The notes: a model not told the origin generated them from the sequence alone. DNA of 64,000 nt from Takakia lepidozioides (GCA_030704615.1 CM060732.1:64480001-64544000); one strand, 5' to 3'; positions 23,360 through 35,863 are shown, numbered from the stretch's first letter. A program made the numbers and translations.

Positions 23360-24446
23360 AATGCTTAGCATGAACCAGACAGAAACAGAGAGAGAAAAAG
23401 AGAGTTCATAGCCACCTCCGGTTTCTTCTTTGCACTTGATGATGCTCCTGACGCATTCAATTTTTCCATGGGGTCTGGAGGTAGCATGCTTCCAAGGAGG
23501 TCCGGGTGGTGCGAAACAAGGGCAGACGGCAGCGTTTCCGCGTCCGTTTGTTCTCCCTGCTCTTTGAAGACCTGGTTCTCCACTCGCAGTGCTTTCTCCC
23601 GAGCCCAGCTCACTTCCTCGTCCTCCCCCCCTTCTATTGGAGGTTGCTCATCGGTCGCCTCCGGGATCACTTCAAGACCTTCCTCTCCACACTGTGGTTG
23701 CAGAATCTTGTTTTGCCCTTCGTCTTCCTCTACGCCGGAGGTTTCTTCTCCCATTCTAAGTTCCCGTCTCGCCTTTCTCATCCTCTCCTTAGCGCGTGCC
23801 CTTTGCTTGTTTGATGTGAAATAAAGTGTTCTTCGACGCTTGCTTCTCCCTCGGAATGGGGTCACCGTCTCTGCAGAATCCAGGGTTGCAAAGACAATAA
23901 GGAGAAGAGGGAAAAAAGAGGACTATCGGAGGTTCATCGCAAGGCCTTCAACGCCAAGATATTCGCTCGCAACGTTCAGTGCGCCACTGACTCGTTCCAC
24001 ATGCATGGCGAACACGTGTCCATATTATCGTTATGAATATCGGCGGAGATCATTGGATCCTCATCCATCCAAAATTCGTTGGGGTCTAATCACCTCTCAT
24101 CTGAAAAAGTTCATTATTGGGTAATATCTTCTGGGATGTTCCAGAGGAATGTGAAGTATGTACAGTTGTACAGCGATGCAGGTGCCGTTAAAATTAAATG
24201 GAAATGGGCATCTCTTCTGGACTCTCTGACATGACAACCAAATGGCGGCTCTGTCAGTCAATCTGTCAACTAATGCACTGGTGGGGCACTTGTGAAAAAA
24301 CAGTTGGATTCTAGGATTAGGAGATCTGCAAGCCGGAGCGATACCTGCAATTGTGTGTGAGGACGCCAAAAACTCCGCTCCCACACAACCTGCATTCAGA
24401 AGCACCATCGGACTGTGAACTCTACTTTCTGAAGCAACATCGACAT

Positions 24447-27400
24447 ATGGCCTCCCAGGCCATGGGCTCCCTTGACGCGGACTTCTTCAGTGAGGACCAC
24501 CCTGTGCCATTTTCTTACGAGGTGGAAGATGATGGTTTTGCGGTGGTGCATGAACTCGTCCTCGCAACGCAGTTTCGGTTGGAAAATGGAAGTCTATTCG
24601 TTCAGAGGGAAGTGTACGATGCCAATGGAAAACTTCTCAAGTACGCGTTCCAGAAACCTTCGCATACTGCACCAACCACACAATGGAGAGTGCCTCCAGG
24701 CAGATACAGGGTGCTTAGTGCTCCTCTGAGACAGTCTGCAGGATCGTTCGTAACTCCTGGCACGGCAACATCAGTGGCCCAGGAGAAAACACCCGTGGTT
24801 GTCAAGAAGGAGACGAGTAGCGTTAACACTGTGGTTGAGCTTTCGGACTCATCCTCCGATGACACATGTGCAATACCGCCCGTGGATCAGCCATGTCCAC
24901 ATGTAGAAGCAGATGTGGAGGAGATCACCGGTGTCATTCCTAAACTGAAAGCCATGGGTGGGATGGCAGGATTCAAGAGTGAGTTGAGGGGGATAGACTG
25001 GAGCACTTTCAATATTCAGAGGGTGGCATTCTTACCGGAATCTTTTGATGGTAATACTGTTTTCGAGCTGCCTCCTCCTGGTCGCATGGGGGGCATTTCC
25101 AGTCTCCTGGAAGGAATGGACAAAAAGCATGATGGACACCCTTGGTGCCGCACAAAAACCTCCAATATTCACAACACCGACAAACTCATATTCAGGCGAA
25201 CAGTCTGTAATGGGCACCTGAAATGCGAGAACATGAAATGCAGACACTTCGCATTGTCAGGTGTGCAAAACCAAAGCGAATGGGATGGTGTCAGTGAGAA
25301 TCCATTCAAGCCTAGGGTGACACCACCATACAGTAACATTTTTGTGTGCAAGTTCTGTAGGGTACCACCTTGCTGCCTTGCTTTGTGTGGCGCCATAATG
25401 TATTATGTGGTGCATCGATTCAAAACCCTGACTAGAGCCTGTGTCCATTTCGGTTTTCACAACCACCCTGTGTCCAAGGGGGATTATAGGGAGAGCGTTG
25501 ACACAGTCTCGCATCTGATAAGGGAAGAGTTGGATACCAATCCAACTGGAACCACATCTGCAATTGCCATGGGGGCGAGCAAGTCCTTTCTGGAAAGCCG
25601 TATTCTGTGTGCATCAAGTTCGGTTGGAGGAATACTGGAGGGACCAGCTTTGGACACTGTTATGGACCATTTCTCAACTTTGACTTCTCCAAACATTAGG
25701 AATCAGGTGAACGCTTTAAGAATGGGCTCTGGGAGCCGAGGTTATATGGACAATATTATGGATTTGAAGAAAATGAGCATGTACGACTACATCCAAGACA
25801 GCGTTTTCCCGGACAAGGAGCCAGGAAAGTGTTCTTGTTCAAAATGTCCACAAAAGGTGAGGGCAGCGGGGTCAGCTTGGTTAAACGTATGCAGAAGGGT
25901 GGCGATCTTGGCAACTGCTTCCTTATGTTCGATCATGTCAAGAGGGTTAAAGACTGGACCACAATGGCATGTCATGTTTACGACCGTGTGTACCAGCGGG
26001 TCATGACAATTGCAGTGTGTGACATGCAGTCAGAGGACACAAATTCACAACAGCTTATGTGGGAAGCTCTCGTTCGTGTTATGGCCTCCAATGGTCTCCC
26101 ATCTCCCAATTTTGTTGGTTTCATGGCCGATAGTGCTCAAGCTAACTTCAACGCTGTCCGCATTGTGTTCGGACGGGAGATCCAAAAGTGCCAATGCCTG
26201 GAAGAGAACGTACGTGTCTTTTCCATTGGACACAAACCCTGGACAAACACACAAAGACATACATCAAGCCAGATATGCAGACTATGCATCGTCAACTGTG
26301 CAAACAGTACAAAGACGCCAAAACTATGGGGGAAGCGAATACATTGTTCCAGACAATTTGTGCCTGGTGGTACTCATCTGGAGCGGCATCGGAGGACAAC
26401 ATGAGGGCACTACAAGACTGGTTCGTATTTTGGCACTTCCGTTACCGACAATGGGGAGCGGCCATGACAACGGTGAGTGGTTTGCATTCACCTTCGTTTG
26501 GGTGCTTCGGATATATGTTTCATGGTCCAATCCTTATATCGGTTTTGTGTTTTTTTGCCTTGCAGCATATGTCCATTGAGGAGATGGCGGACATGCCTTC
26601 TTGCAATCTTGCGGAGACAGTGCACAATGCCTGGTTGCAGCAATCCGGCAAAAAAGGAAGAGATTTGTATGCGGCGACGGCCGATGACCTTATTTGTGCT
26701 CTGCAGCAGCAAACCAGATACAGGTCATTCTTGAGGGGTGGCCTTGGTGGCAAAGGCCCGGACAGGATCGAGTTGATGTTGCGGGCAGCTGGAAGATCAG
26801 GGGATCCCAGCAAAATAGCGCGGGCCGTGAGCATATGTGCAGATGGCACCCCTCTCGTGGGAAGAGTTCCCCATCTCGAAGGCGAAGAGAGATTCGGGTC
26901 TTGCAAACGGAAATTGGACACCCCTCCGGGATCGGATGCAGATTCCCATAGGGCGGACAGGGTGAACTTCTCGACGCCACGTGTTCCCTTGGATCAGAGA
27001 TGGAATTGCGGAACATTCACAGGTGAGGGCTACTCTGCCCCAGAGCGGACCCCTGCATCAAGCACTGTCATTGCAATGGTTGAAGACCAGAACGTGGTGC
27101 CGCATATAATCGAGTCCATGGGCTTAGACGAGGTTTGGCATATAGAACGCCCAAGTGTTGGATTGCGTGTGAAATGCGCGGCGATCAGGGCCACCAATCA
27201 TGAAAAATGTACATCATTAATATCCAGAGGGAAAGAACGCATTGCAGCTCCTACATTCACGGGTTTGTTTCTCCCTTACGGACAAGGCGAGGCAAAGAAC
27301 CACAAGTTCTGGTTCTGCGCTGACGATTGTGGGAGATGTGTGCATGGGACAGTGAGGCCTTCCGTGGTAAGGAAGCCTACTCCACCAACCATGTGGCCTG

Positions 27401-27948
27401 TGAAGATGGGCACAGGTCTCACTCACCGAGAGATCGCAATGCTGGAAGAGGCGGGTTTCTCCCTAGCCAGACATTCCATTGCACGTGAAGGTGCTTCAAG
27501 TAGAAGCGGTTCATGGGTACCTCCGCCTGACGCTCACTTGTGGCCAACCAGACGGAATGGGAAGCTGGTTCGACGATTCCCTCCAACCGCAGAACACTAC
27601 GGCAAAATTGAGTCCGCTAGAATGCTTCATGCTCGTGTTGTGGGAACAATGGAAGTGCCTGATCCAGGGTATGGTCGGGTCTTCACCATGATCTCATCCG
27701 CATCTGCGCTGCAGGACAGGACGTATGACATCACTGTTTCCAATTTTCCCAATTGTACATGTCCTGATTTTGTTGGTATGCTTTCAACTAGTTTGGGAAA
27801 GAGAGGGAAGTTCATACCGTGCAAACACCTTTACTTCGTCTTCTTGAGAAGGATGGTTGGTGATCCAAAGCGCGACTTCTTCATTCACCAAGCCACTATG
27901 AGTTTCAACGAAGTCAACACACTTCTACAGTGGGATACAACCCCATAA
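24447..27948 (+). pseudogene. MULE-1 transposase (GCM-like DNA-binding domain + MULE DDE + SWIM), frameshifted
   Basis: GCM/WRKY-like DGHPWCRTKTSN...CNGHLKC...CKFC...HFGFHNHP; DDE core FLMFDHVKR, FMADSAQANFNAVRIVFG, ERTCLFHW, CNLAETVHNAW; SWIM CTCPDF...CKHLYF. Frameshifts near 25810 and 26172; intron 26473-26565. Confidence 0.9.
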
Positions 27949-28127
27949 AAATCTGTGTTTTCCTTGACTACAACTTGTAATGGAATGACTGTTCAAGTCT
28001 AGTGTCTCTCAATGTATGTCATCTAACATCTTTGCTATGCATGGGTCAATGCATTTGTCGCATTGGTTTGTCATTCTCTTTTCATTAGCAAACACAAGAA
28101 ACTACCTTCAGATAGACAGATGATCAA

Positions 28128-28365
28128 ATCAACCTCGTGTCAACACGAGGTTTACTTGAAGTTCTCCAAATCCCCCTTGTGTCGACACAAGATTGATTTT
28201 AGTTCTCAGAAAACAACATCGTGTCAACACGAAGTTCATTTTTGTTCCAGGAAAACAACCTCGTGTTAACACGAGGTTTACTTGAAGTTCTCCAAATCCC
28301 CCTTGTGTCGACACAAGGTTCATTTCAGTTCTACGAAATGAAGCTCCTGTTAACAGAAGGTTGAA
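28128..28365. repeat. Six variant palindromes downstream of the transposase
   Basis: AACCTCGTGTcaACACGAGGTT and CCTTGTGTcgACACAAGG at about 28131, 28175, 28215, 28257, 28300 and 28341, arranged as two ~126-bp units. Confidence 0.9.
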
Positions 28366-29217
28366 CTCCAGGAAAGCCCAAAACCCTTCATCCGTTTCAC
28401 CTTCATGTGGTGAAATCAGCAGTTGGGGGCTCCACGGTTATAGGCCCACCTTCTTTGTGGTGACGTGGCATGACCTGGACCAGGCTCACGCCACGTCAGC
28501 ATCAACGCCACATCAGCAGCATGAGCGTAGGCTCACGCCACGCCATCGTTGTGTGAGCGTATGCTCACACGCTCACGCGCCGGGCTCACACGGTAGCGTC
28601 GTTGGTTTGAACGCAAAATTCATGCCAGATCGAGGCAAGAACATGCCGCCATATATAGAGTGCAGGTTATGAGAAACTATTGAGCAACGGATTGTTCATG
28701 GATGAAGCTTTTCTATCCATTTGGAGCTGTGATATGAAGTTTTCATCCCCGCAGCAAGTAGGTAGGTAGGTAGTTAAAATCTACTAGGTCGTAGAATACC
28801 ACATATAGCACCCCTCCTCAAATCCAGTAGAGCGAGTCTGCTCTAAAAACCGGTTATGAATTTTAGATCATACAAACTAAAACTTGCCACCCGACGCAAC
28901 ACTTAACTTATCCATAGAATGACTGTATGTGGAGTCTATATTTTGCCAAACTTGGTCTACCCTACTGTGCTCCTATTTGTGTTGTTTAGGTCTAGTATTG
29001 TATCTCTAGAGTATCCCAAGCATGGACTCTCTCTCTCTGGGGGATAGTTCTGGTTTAGTCTCTTAAGGTTTGGCAAACAGAAGCATACACACACACACAA
29101 TCTGTGTGTGTCCCTCTCTCACACACATTTATTTTTAGTTCTTGTATATCAGGTTTTGTGTGCGCAATCGCTGCCGCAGAGGATATTTTTTTCTATCACT
29201 ATCACTTTTTCTTTCTT

Positions 29218-29248
<31 letters not shown>

Positions 29249-29817
29249 TATTTTTAGGTATTGTGTAGTAGGTTTATATGCGGGGTCGCTATCGCCGAGG
29301 ATAATGTCGCGATAATGTCTCATCAAGGGTAAGGAGAACCAAGGTAGGGAACACCGTTGAATGTAATAATGAACACTTCACTATTATATGCCATGGGTAG
29401 CCATCACCTAGTTGTGCGCTGTCTCAAGCACTAGTTTCGCAAGCATATCTTCTTTATCTCTCATTTATTTTTTGTTTCATATCTTGTATAGTTCTGTTTG
29501 TCGACAACCCTAACCACTACATCTCTTGCTTTACTTTTTATTTATTTATTTCTCTCTCTAGCTCTTTTGTTTTAGTTTTAGTTTTAGTCTACTTGTAGTT
29601 CTAGATTATTGCAGCTTTCAGGGTTTTACAAGCTGTGTAACCACATTTGGTTTGTGGGGCTGGCAGCATAGTAATCACTATCTCTGTAGCTATCCAAGGC
29701 GGGTCTCATGCAAAGGCCTTAGTAGATTTTACTGTTTGTGGAGTGTTGCATGTCTTGATATTATAGAAATATCTTTGAAGTGAGTTTCAAAGGCCATTCT
29801 GTTTTTTGTTATCCGTT

Positions 29818-31971
29818 TGTTGAAATTCCATATTGCTTCTTGTCAACCATGCTTAATCAAGACCTAGATTATTAGGAAAAGATTAACAAATCTCAACACC
29901 CCCCCTTTAATCTATCCTTGATTAGATTGTTCTTTTAGATCTTCTCAACATGAACTACACCCATGGCTAATCTGCAATACTCAAGCTAAGCTTTTGGCAA
30001 TGGCTTGATCAATGCATCACTGAGCATACGCTCAGTGCTACAGTATATTAGTTCTATTGCACCGGCTTCCACTTTCTCCCATATAAAATGATTTTGCAAT
30101 TCCATATGTTTCGACCTGTCTTGAAACGAGTGAAACCTAGGATTCTTCGATAAAACAATACATGATTGATTGTCGCAATACAGCATGGTTGCCTTCAGCG
30201 CAGGAAAACCAAGTCCTCCAAGTAACTCACGAAGCCAAATGGCTTCCTTGCCTGCATGGGTAGCGGCCATGTTGCTGACTTGGTGCTAGTTGACATAGCA
30301 ACAATAGCATATTTCTTACTGTGCCAAGATATGGCAGCACCATTGAGAGTAAAAACATAACCTGTAACTGAACGACGACTATTGACATCCGAAGCCCAGT
30401 CAACATCCTAGGGGAAGTCACTTAGCATGAGTTCCAAACCATGTGCAATAAAGCATAGGGTCCAACAAATTCTTGAAAAATAAAAATTCTAAAAGATTTA
30501 ATTTTAACAAAAGGTTGTGGTATTATGAAAATTACATTTATAAAAAAAAGGGTATTTTTTTAATCTTTGTGTTAATTTTTTTATAAAAAGAATATATGGA
30601 AAGAAAAAAAAAAAAGGGGGGGTTGTGATTTGTACGCCTTGACTCCTTTCTACTCACCATACCCTATCATTATACAAAGAGAACTTTCATAGTCAAGTTT
30701 TCGTCGCATAAGTTCATCAGGCACATGTACATGGGCAGGACATTCAACAACACTAATATTACTTAGATCAGGCTTTCGACCATGCCACACTTCAAAAGGT
30801 GTAGCATTGGGTAAAGAGGAAGTCTTAGAGCGATTCTGGAGACAAGCAGTAGTTACAACTTCTGCCCAAAAAACTTTTGGAAGTTGTGCCAATTTGAGCA
30901 TACACCTAGCACTCTCAACTAGAGTTTTGTTTTTTCTTTCTGATACTCCATTTGGCTGTGGAGTATACGAGGTGGTTAATTGTCGCAAGATTCCATGCTC
31001 ACTACAAAAACCATTGTACTCTTTTGAAATGTATTCCCCTCTCCATCTGAGCGAAGAACTTTGAGATTCTTGCCAGTTTGTTTTTCAGCAAACGTTGAAT
31101 TGTTCTGAAACTTCTCAAACACCTCACTCTTGTGTCGTAAGAAATATACCACAGTGAAGCGGGACTTGTCATCAATGAAGGGAGTGAAATATCTAGAGCC
31201 TTTTAGTGCTTCAGTTTGCATAGGACCACATATATCCGAATGCACAAGAGCAAGCACGTCCTCTGCTCGAGTTCCTCCCCCAATAGGGTAAACTTGACGA
31301 TGTTGTTTGCCTACCAAACAACTATGACAAAGAGGGATATCTAATGTCAAGGTTCCAATGACTAATGACTAATTCCTTACTCTGCATGTCCTTAATAGCT
31401 TGTAGTTTTAAGTGACCTAGCCTTTGATGCCAAAGTAGGGTACAATTTTCATTAGTTGTTGAAGTAGAACTTAGGCTAATTTGCATTGCACAAACGCCCA
31501 CTCCAACTGGGAAGAGTGTTCCTCCCATACACAACACCGTATGTGAATATCCTTCATTTTTAATGACACATTTGTCTTTACTGAAGTCAAAACTGGTTCC
31601 GCCTTGAGTCGACTTTCCCACATAGATCAATAGATTTTTTTTAAGTTTCCCGGGAACATGGAGTACATCAGCCACTTGGGTGTTGACACCCGAGGTCAAG
31701 CAAATTGTTACTCTTCCCTGTTCTATGGCTTGTTGGGTACTATCATCTCCCAAATATACAGGTAAGGGAGAATCAAAGACCTTATAGTCCGTGAACCACT
31801 CTCTATGAGGTGTCATGTGCTGTGATGCACCAGAATCCAAATACCATGTTTCACTGGAGTTGGATCCTATGTACAAACATACAGTGAATAATTGAATACC
31901 ACTGGTTTCATTAGAATTTGCAGCATTAGCTTGAGACTTGTGTGTCCATTTTGCTTTACTAGCTGTTTTCT
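29818..31971 (-). mobile_element. Degenerate Ty1/copia LTR retrotransposon (protease, integrase, RNase H; RT deleted), cut by MULE-2
   Basis: WYLDSGASQHMT, LWHQRLGH, LVHSDICGPM...VLRSD, PQPNGVSERKNKTLVESARCML, LYCDNQSCI...RSKHM. PPT AAAGGGGGGG followed by TGTTGAGA at 29898; candidate short LTR at 29818-29898. Confidence 0.93.
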
Positions 31972-32370
31972 CAATGACGCTACCGCGTGAGCGTGAGCTC
32001 ACGCTATGCTGACATGGCATGAGCGTAGGGGACCAGCAGCTCATGTGGCGTGAGCGTGAGGGTGATGTGGCGTGAGCGTGCTGACATGGCAGTGAACAAC
32101 GTGATGTGGCAGTCATCATGCCTACGTGGAAGTCCACGTGTCCACGTGGGATTCGGCCAACGTGGCGGACACCATGTCAACAGAAACATGTAGCGCCTAT
32201 TGCCGTGGCATTCATTCAGGGTAATTAGAATACGAAAACACCGGAAATGGGAAACCGGAAACAAATCCACGCATGCTTATCCATCCCATTTATGTTGCAT
32301 TGATCACACTATTAAAATGACACACATTCATCAGTTGTGGAAATTGAATTGGACGAAAGTCAGCTTCTTC

Positions 32371-35300
32371 CTATGTGTTTTTATCCCGCTGCATAAGTGT
32401 ATTCACCTCGTTGAAACTCATGGTGGCCTGGTGAATGAAGATGTCGCATTTGGGATCACAAATCATTCTGTTCAAGAAGATAAAATAAAGATGCTTGCAG
32501 GGTACAAATTTGCCTCTCTTTCCCAAACTTGTTGAAAGCATGCCAACAAAATCAGGACAGGTGCAGTTGGGGAAATTTGAAACTGTGATGTCGTAGAATC
32601 TGTCATGGATAGCAGATGTAGAGGTCATCATAGTGTAGATCCGACCATACCCGGGATCTGCAACTTCTGTAGTGCCTGCAACGCGTCCTAGAAGCATTCG
32701 AGCGGATTCCACCTTGCCGAAGTGCTCGGCAGTTGGAGGGAAACGACGTACTACCTTCCCATTTCTTTTTGTTGGCCATGCATCTGGGTTGGCTGGTGTC
32801 ACTCTAGAACTTCCTGAAGTGGAAGCACTTGCACGCACAGAGGCTTCTCGCTGAAGGGAGAACCCTGCCTCCTCCAACATTGCAATCTCCTGACTTGTGA
32901 GATGTGTCCCCACCTTGACTGGCCAAACGGTCGATGGAGGAGGCTTCATGACTACTGATGGTTGCACGGTCCCACGCATGCACCTACCACAGTTGTCAGC
33001 GCAGAACCAAAATTTATGGTTTTTCGCCTGTGGCTGCCCATAAGGCTGGAACAAACCGTTGAAGGTCGGTGCTGGAATGCAGGCACTGCCTCTGGTTATG
33101 AAGGACTTGCACTTCTCACGATTGGTGGCTCTGATTGCGGAGCACTTCACTCGAGACCCAGCTCTTGTGCGTTCTATATGCCACACTTCGTCGGAGCACG
33201 TGGACTCCACCACAGGCAAGAGCAAGTTCGACTCATTGAGAGTGGGAGATGCTGGCGTACTTTGTGAGAAACATTGCTCCGTACTGGATATTCCAGAGAC
33301 GAACCTCTCATGTAATGGAACACGCGGAATGGAGAAGTTGTCCCTGTCCGCCCTGTGCGAGTCTGCATCCGACCCAGGAAGGGTGTTCAATTTTCGTTTA
33401 CAGGACCCGAATCTCTCCTCACCCTCCAAATGGGGAACTCTGGACACCAGAGGAGTTCCCTCCGCACACATGCTGACAGCTCTGGCAATCTTGTTTGGAT
33501 CCCCCGATCTTTTTGCAGCTCGCAACATCAACTCAGACTTGTCAGGGCCTTTGCCACCAACGCCACCCCTCAAGAAATCGCGATATTTTGTTTGTTGCTG
33601 CAGAGCTCGGATGAGATCATCTGCCGTCGCCAGATACAAATCCCGCCCCCGCTTTCTAGACTGCTGCAACCATGCATTGTGCACTGTCTCCGCTAGATTG
33701 CAAGAGGGCATGTCCGCCATCTCCTCAATTGACAAGTGTTGCAGAAAAGGGAAAACACACATCAGGACAGACAGGTACACCCCATGACAGCAGACATGAT
33801 TCGAAATGCATACAAAGCCAATGAGAATACATGATCTGAAATTCAGGTACCGTTGTCATGCATGCTCCCCATTGTCTGTACCGGAAGTGCCAAAATGCTA
33901 GCCAGTCTTCCAGCGCTCTCATACTGTCTTCTGATACAGCCCCAGATGAGAACCACTAGGCACGAATCGACTGGAACAAAGTATTTGCCTCCGCCATGCT
34001 TTTGGCATCTTTGTACTGTTTGCATAGTTTAAGATGAATCGCCCGCATGTCCAGTCTGATGTCTGCCTTGGTATGTTTATCAAGGGACTGCGTCCAATGG
34101 AAAAGACATGTTCGCTCTCTTCCTGGCATTGGCACTTTTGGATCTCCTGAGCCGAACACAATGCGAACAACATTGAAATTCGCTTGAGCACTGTCGGCCA
34201 TAAAACCAGCGAAATTTGGGGATGGGACACCATGGGATGCCATCACGCGAATGAGACATCTCCACATAAGCTGCTGCGACTCCGCATCCTCTGATTGCAT
34301 GTCACACACTGCAATATATATGACTCGCTGGTAGAAAGGATCGTAAACATGGCACGCCATTGTTGTCCAGTCTTTCACTCGTTTGACGTGATCAAACATA
34401 AAGAAACAGTTCTGCAGATCGCCATCTTTTTGCATGCGCTTGACAAGGCTCACTCCACTGCCCTCCCCTGCTGTTGACATTTTGAAATTGTACGCTTTGT
34501 TGGATCCTTGACTTGGGAACACGCTGTCTTGAATGTAGTCGTACATGCTCCAAGATTTCAATTCCAAAATGTTATCAATATACCCTCTGTTTGCAGAGCC
34601 CATCCTCAATGCATTCACCTGGTTTCTAATGTTCGGTGAGCTCAAGGTTGAGAAGTGATCCATAACATTGTCCAAGGCATGCCCATCCAACTTCCTGACC
34701 ACAGAGTCCCCTACACTCAGAATATGGCTTTCCAGGAAACTCTTGCTTGCTCCAAGCACAATTGCGGAGGTGGTGGCTGTTGGATTGCTCTCATACTCCT
34801 GTCTTATCAACTTGGACACTGTTTGAACACTCTCCCTGCGATCCCCCTTCGCCACAGGATGGTTGTGCAATCCAAAATGTACACAGGCTCTAGTCATGTT
34901 TTTCAAACGGTGAACAACATATTACTTGCGTGCTGCACACATTGCCAGACAGGAAGGCGCTTGTTTGCAGAACTTGCAAACGAAAGTGTTGAAACTTGGA
35001 GGTGCCTCACTGGGTTTGAATGGATTTTCGGCGACATCCTCCCACTCGCACTGGTTGTGAACCTTGAACCGTTGGAAATGCCTACAATTCAAATTCTCGC
35101 ACATGAGGTGCCCATTGCACAGGCTTCTCCAAAAGACGAGGTTGTCATGATTTTGAATATTGGATGTCTTCGTTCTGCACCACGGGTGTCCATCTCCTCT
35201 CTTGTCCATTCCTTGCATGAGGCTAGTGACGGGTCCATCCTGCCCAGGTGGAGGTAGCTCAAAGCTGACATCCCCATCATAAGCATTCGGCAGGAACTCC

Positions 35301-35863
35301 ACACACTCAATAGGGACTGTCTCCCAGTCAATCCCCCGCAATTCACTCTGGAAACCGGGCATTCCTCCCATTGACTTCAGTTTAGGAATGACACTGATGA
35401 GGTGTGTCACTTCCGGTTTGACGAAAGGCAGTGTTTGCACATAAATTGGGATGTTGGGAATGTCCTCGGAGGAGGAGTCTGAGAGCTCAACTATTGGGGT
35501 GGAAGTAGTGGTCTCCGTCTTCACGACGATATTCCTTTTCTCTTGAGCAACAAAACCAGTTGTTCCCGTGGAGACATACGAACCACTGGACTGCCGCCGA
35601 GGAGCTTCGACGACCCTATATCTTCCTGGAGGCACTCTCCACTGACTCACAAGAGAATTATCATCCGGTTTCTGAAATGAGTACTTGATCAACTTCCCAT
35701 GCACATCGTAGACCTCTTTTTCAAGGAAAACAGTACCAATCTGGTACTCGAAACGGGTTGCCAGGAGATGCTCTTGCGCAATTGCGTAACCATTGGAATC
35801 AGCATCCTTCGAGAAAGGGACAAGCTTCTCCGTAGAGTAAAACTCCGCTTCAGCCGAACCCAT
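32371..35863 (-). pseudogene. MULE-2 transposase (GCM-like + DDE + SWIM)
   Basis: Collinear homologue of 24447-27948. Broken near 34920 and by a TAG at about 33957; intron at about 33850-33740 in the same position as in MULE-1. Confidence 0.9.

Larger units (their letters stand above)
18653..23871 (-). pseudogene. MULE-1 cargo gene: ParB/Srx-like domain fused to a beta-class N6/N4 DNA methyltransferase fold (copy 1, disabled)
   Basis: Spliced exons at about 23871-23416, 22786-22188 (FFVWDGNH[G]LLA*), 22113-21923, 21850-21420, 21337-21113 and 20260 onward, ending with REKSPAFMQTLVETCSRHGGRVVDLSMGTG|GACFHACKSAGRHFLGMEAD. Lesions: R>G plus a TAG in the ParB exon, a small deletion near 21846, and an inversion at 19501-20067. 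Confidence 0.8.
11153..25042 (+). repeat. Segmental duplication, copy 1 (OMT + hAT MITEs + MULE-1)
   Basis: Near-identical to 50669-64000, offset about 39.5 kb. The true right end is unknown because copy 2 leaves the window. Confidence 0.97.
17819..28604. mobile_element. MULE-1: full-length Mutator-like element with degenerate TIRs and two divergent genes
   Basis: 9-bp TSD GTTTGAACG at 17810-17818 and 28605-28613. GTGAGC/GCTCAC and GCCACGTCAGC subterminal repeats at both ends. The right terminus matches the terminus of MULE-2 at 31972. Encodes a MULE transposase. Confidence 0.88.

Noticed and set aside
18653-23871. Bacterial contamination as the source of the ParB/MTase sequence
   Set aside because: The gene has multiple GT-AG introns and lies within a TSD-bounded MULE among plant genes.
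33059-33787. 242-aa plus-strand ORF and similar antisense ORFs over transposases and OMTs
   Set aside because: Shadow frames of genes on the opposite strand.
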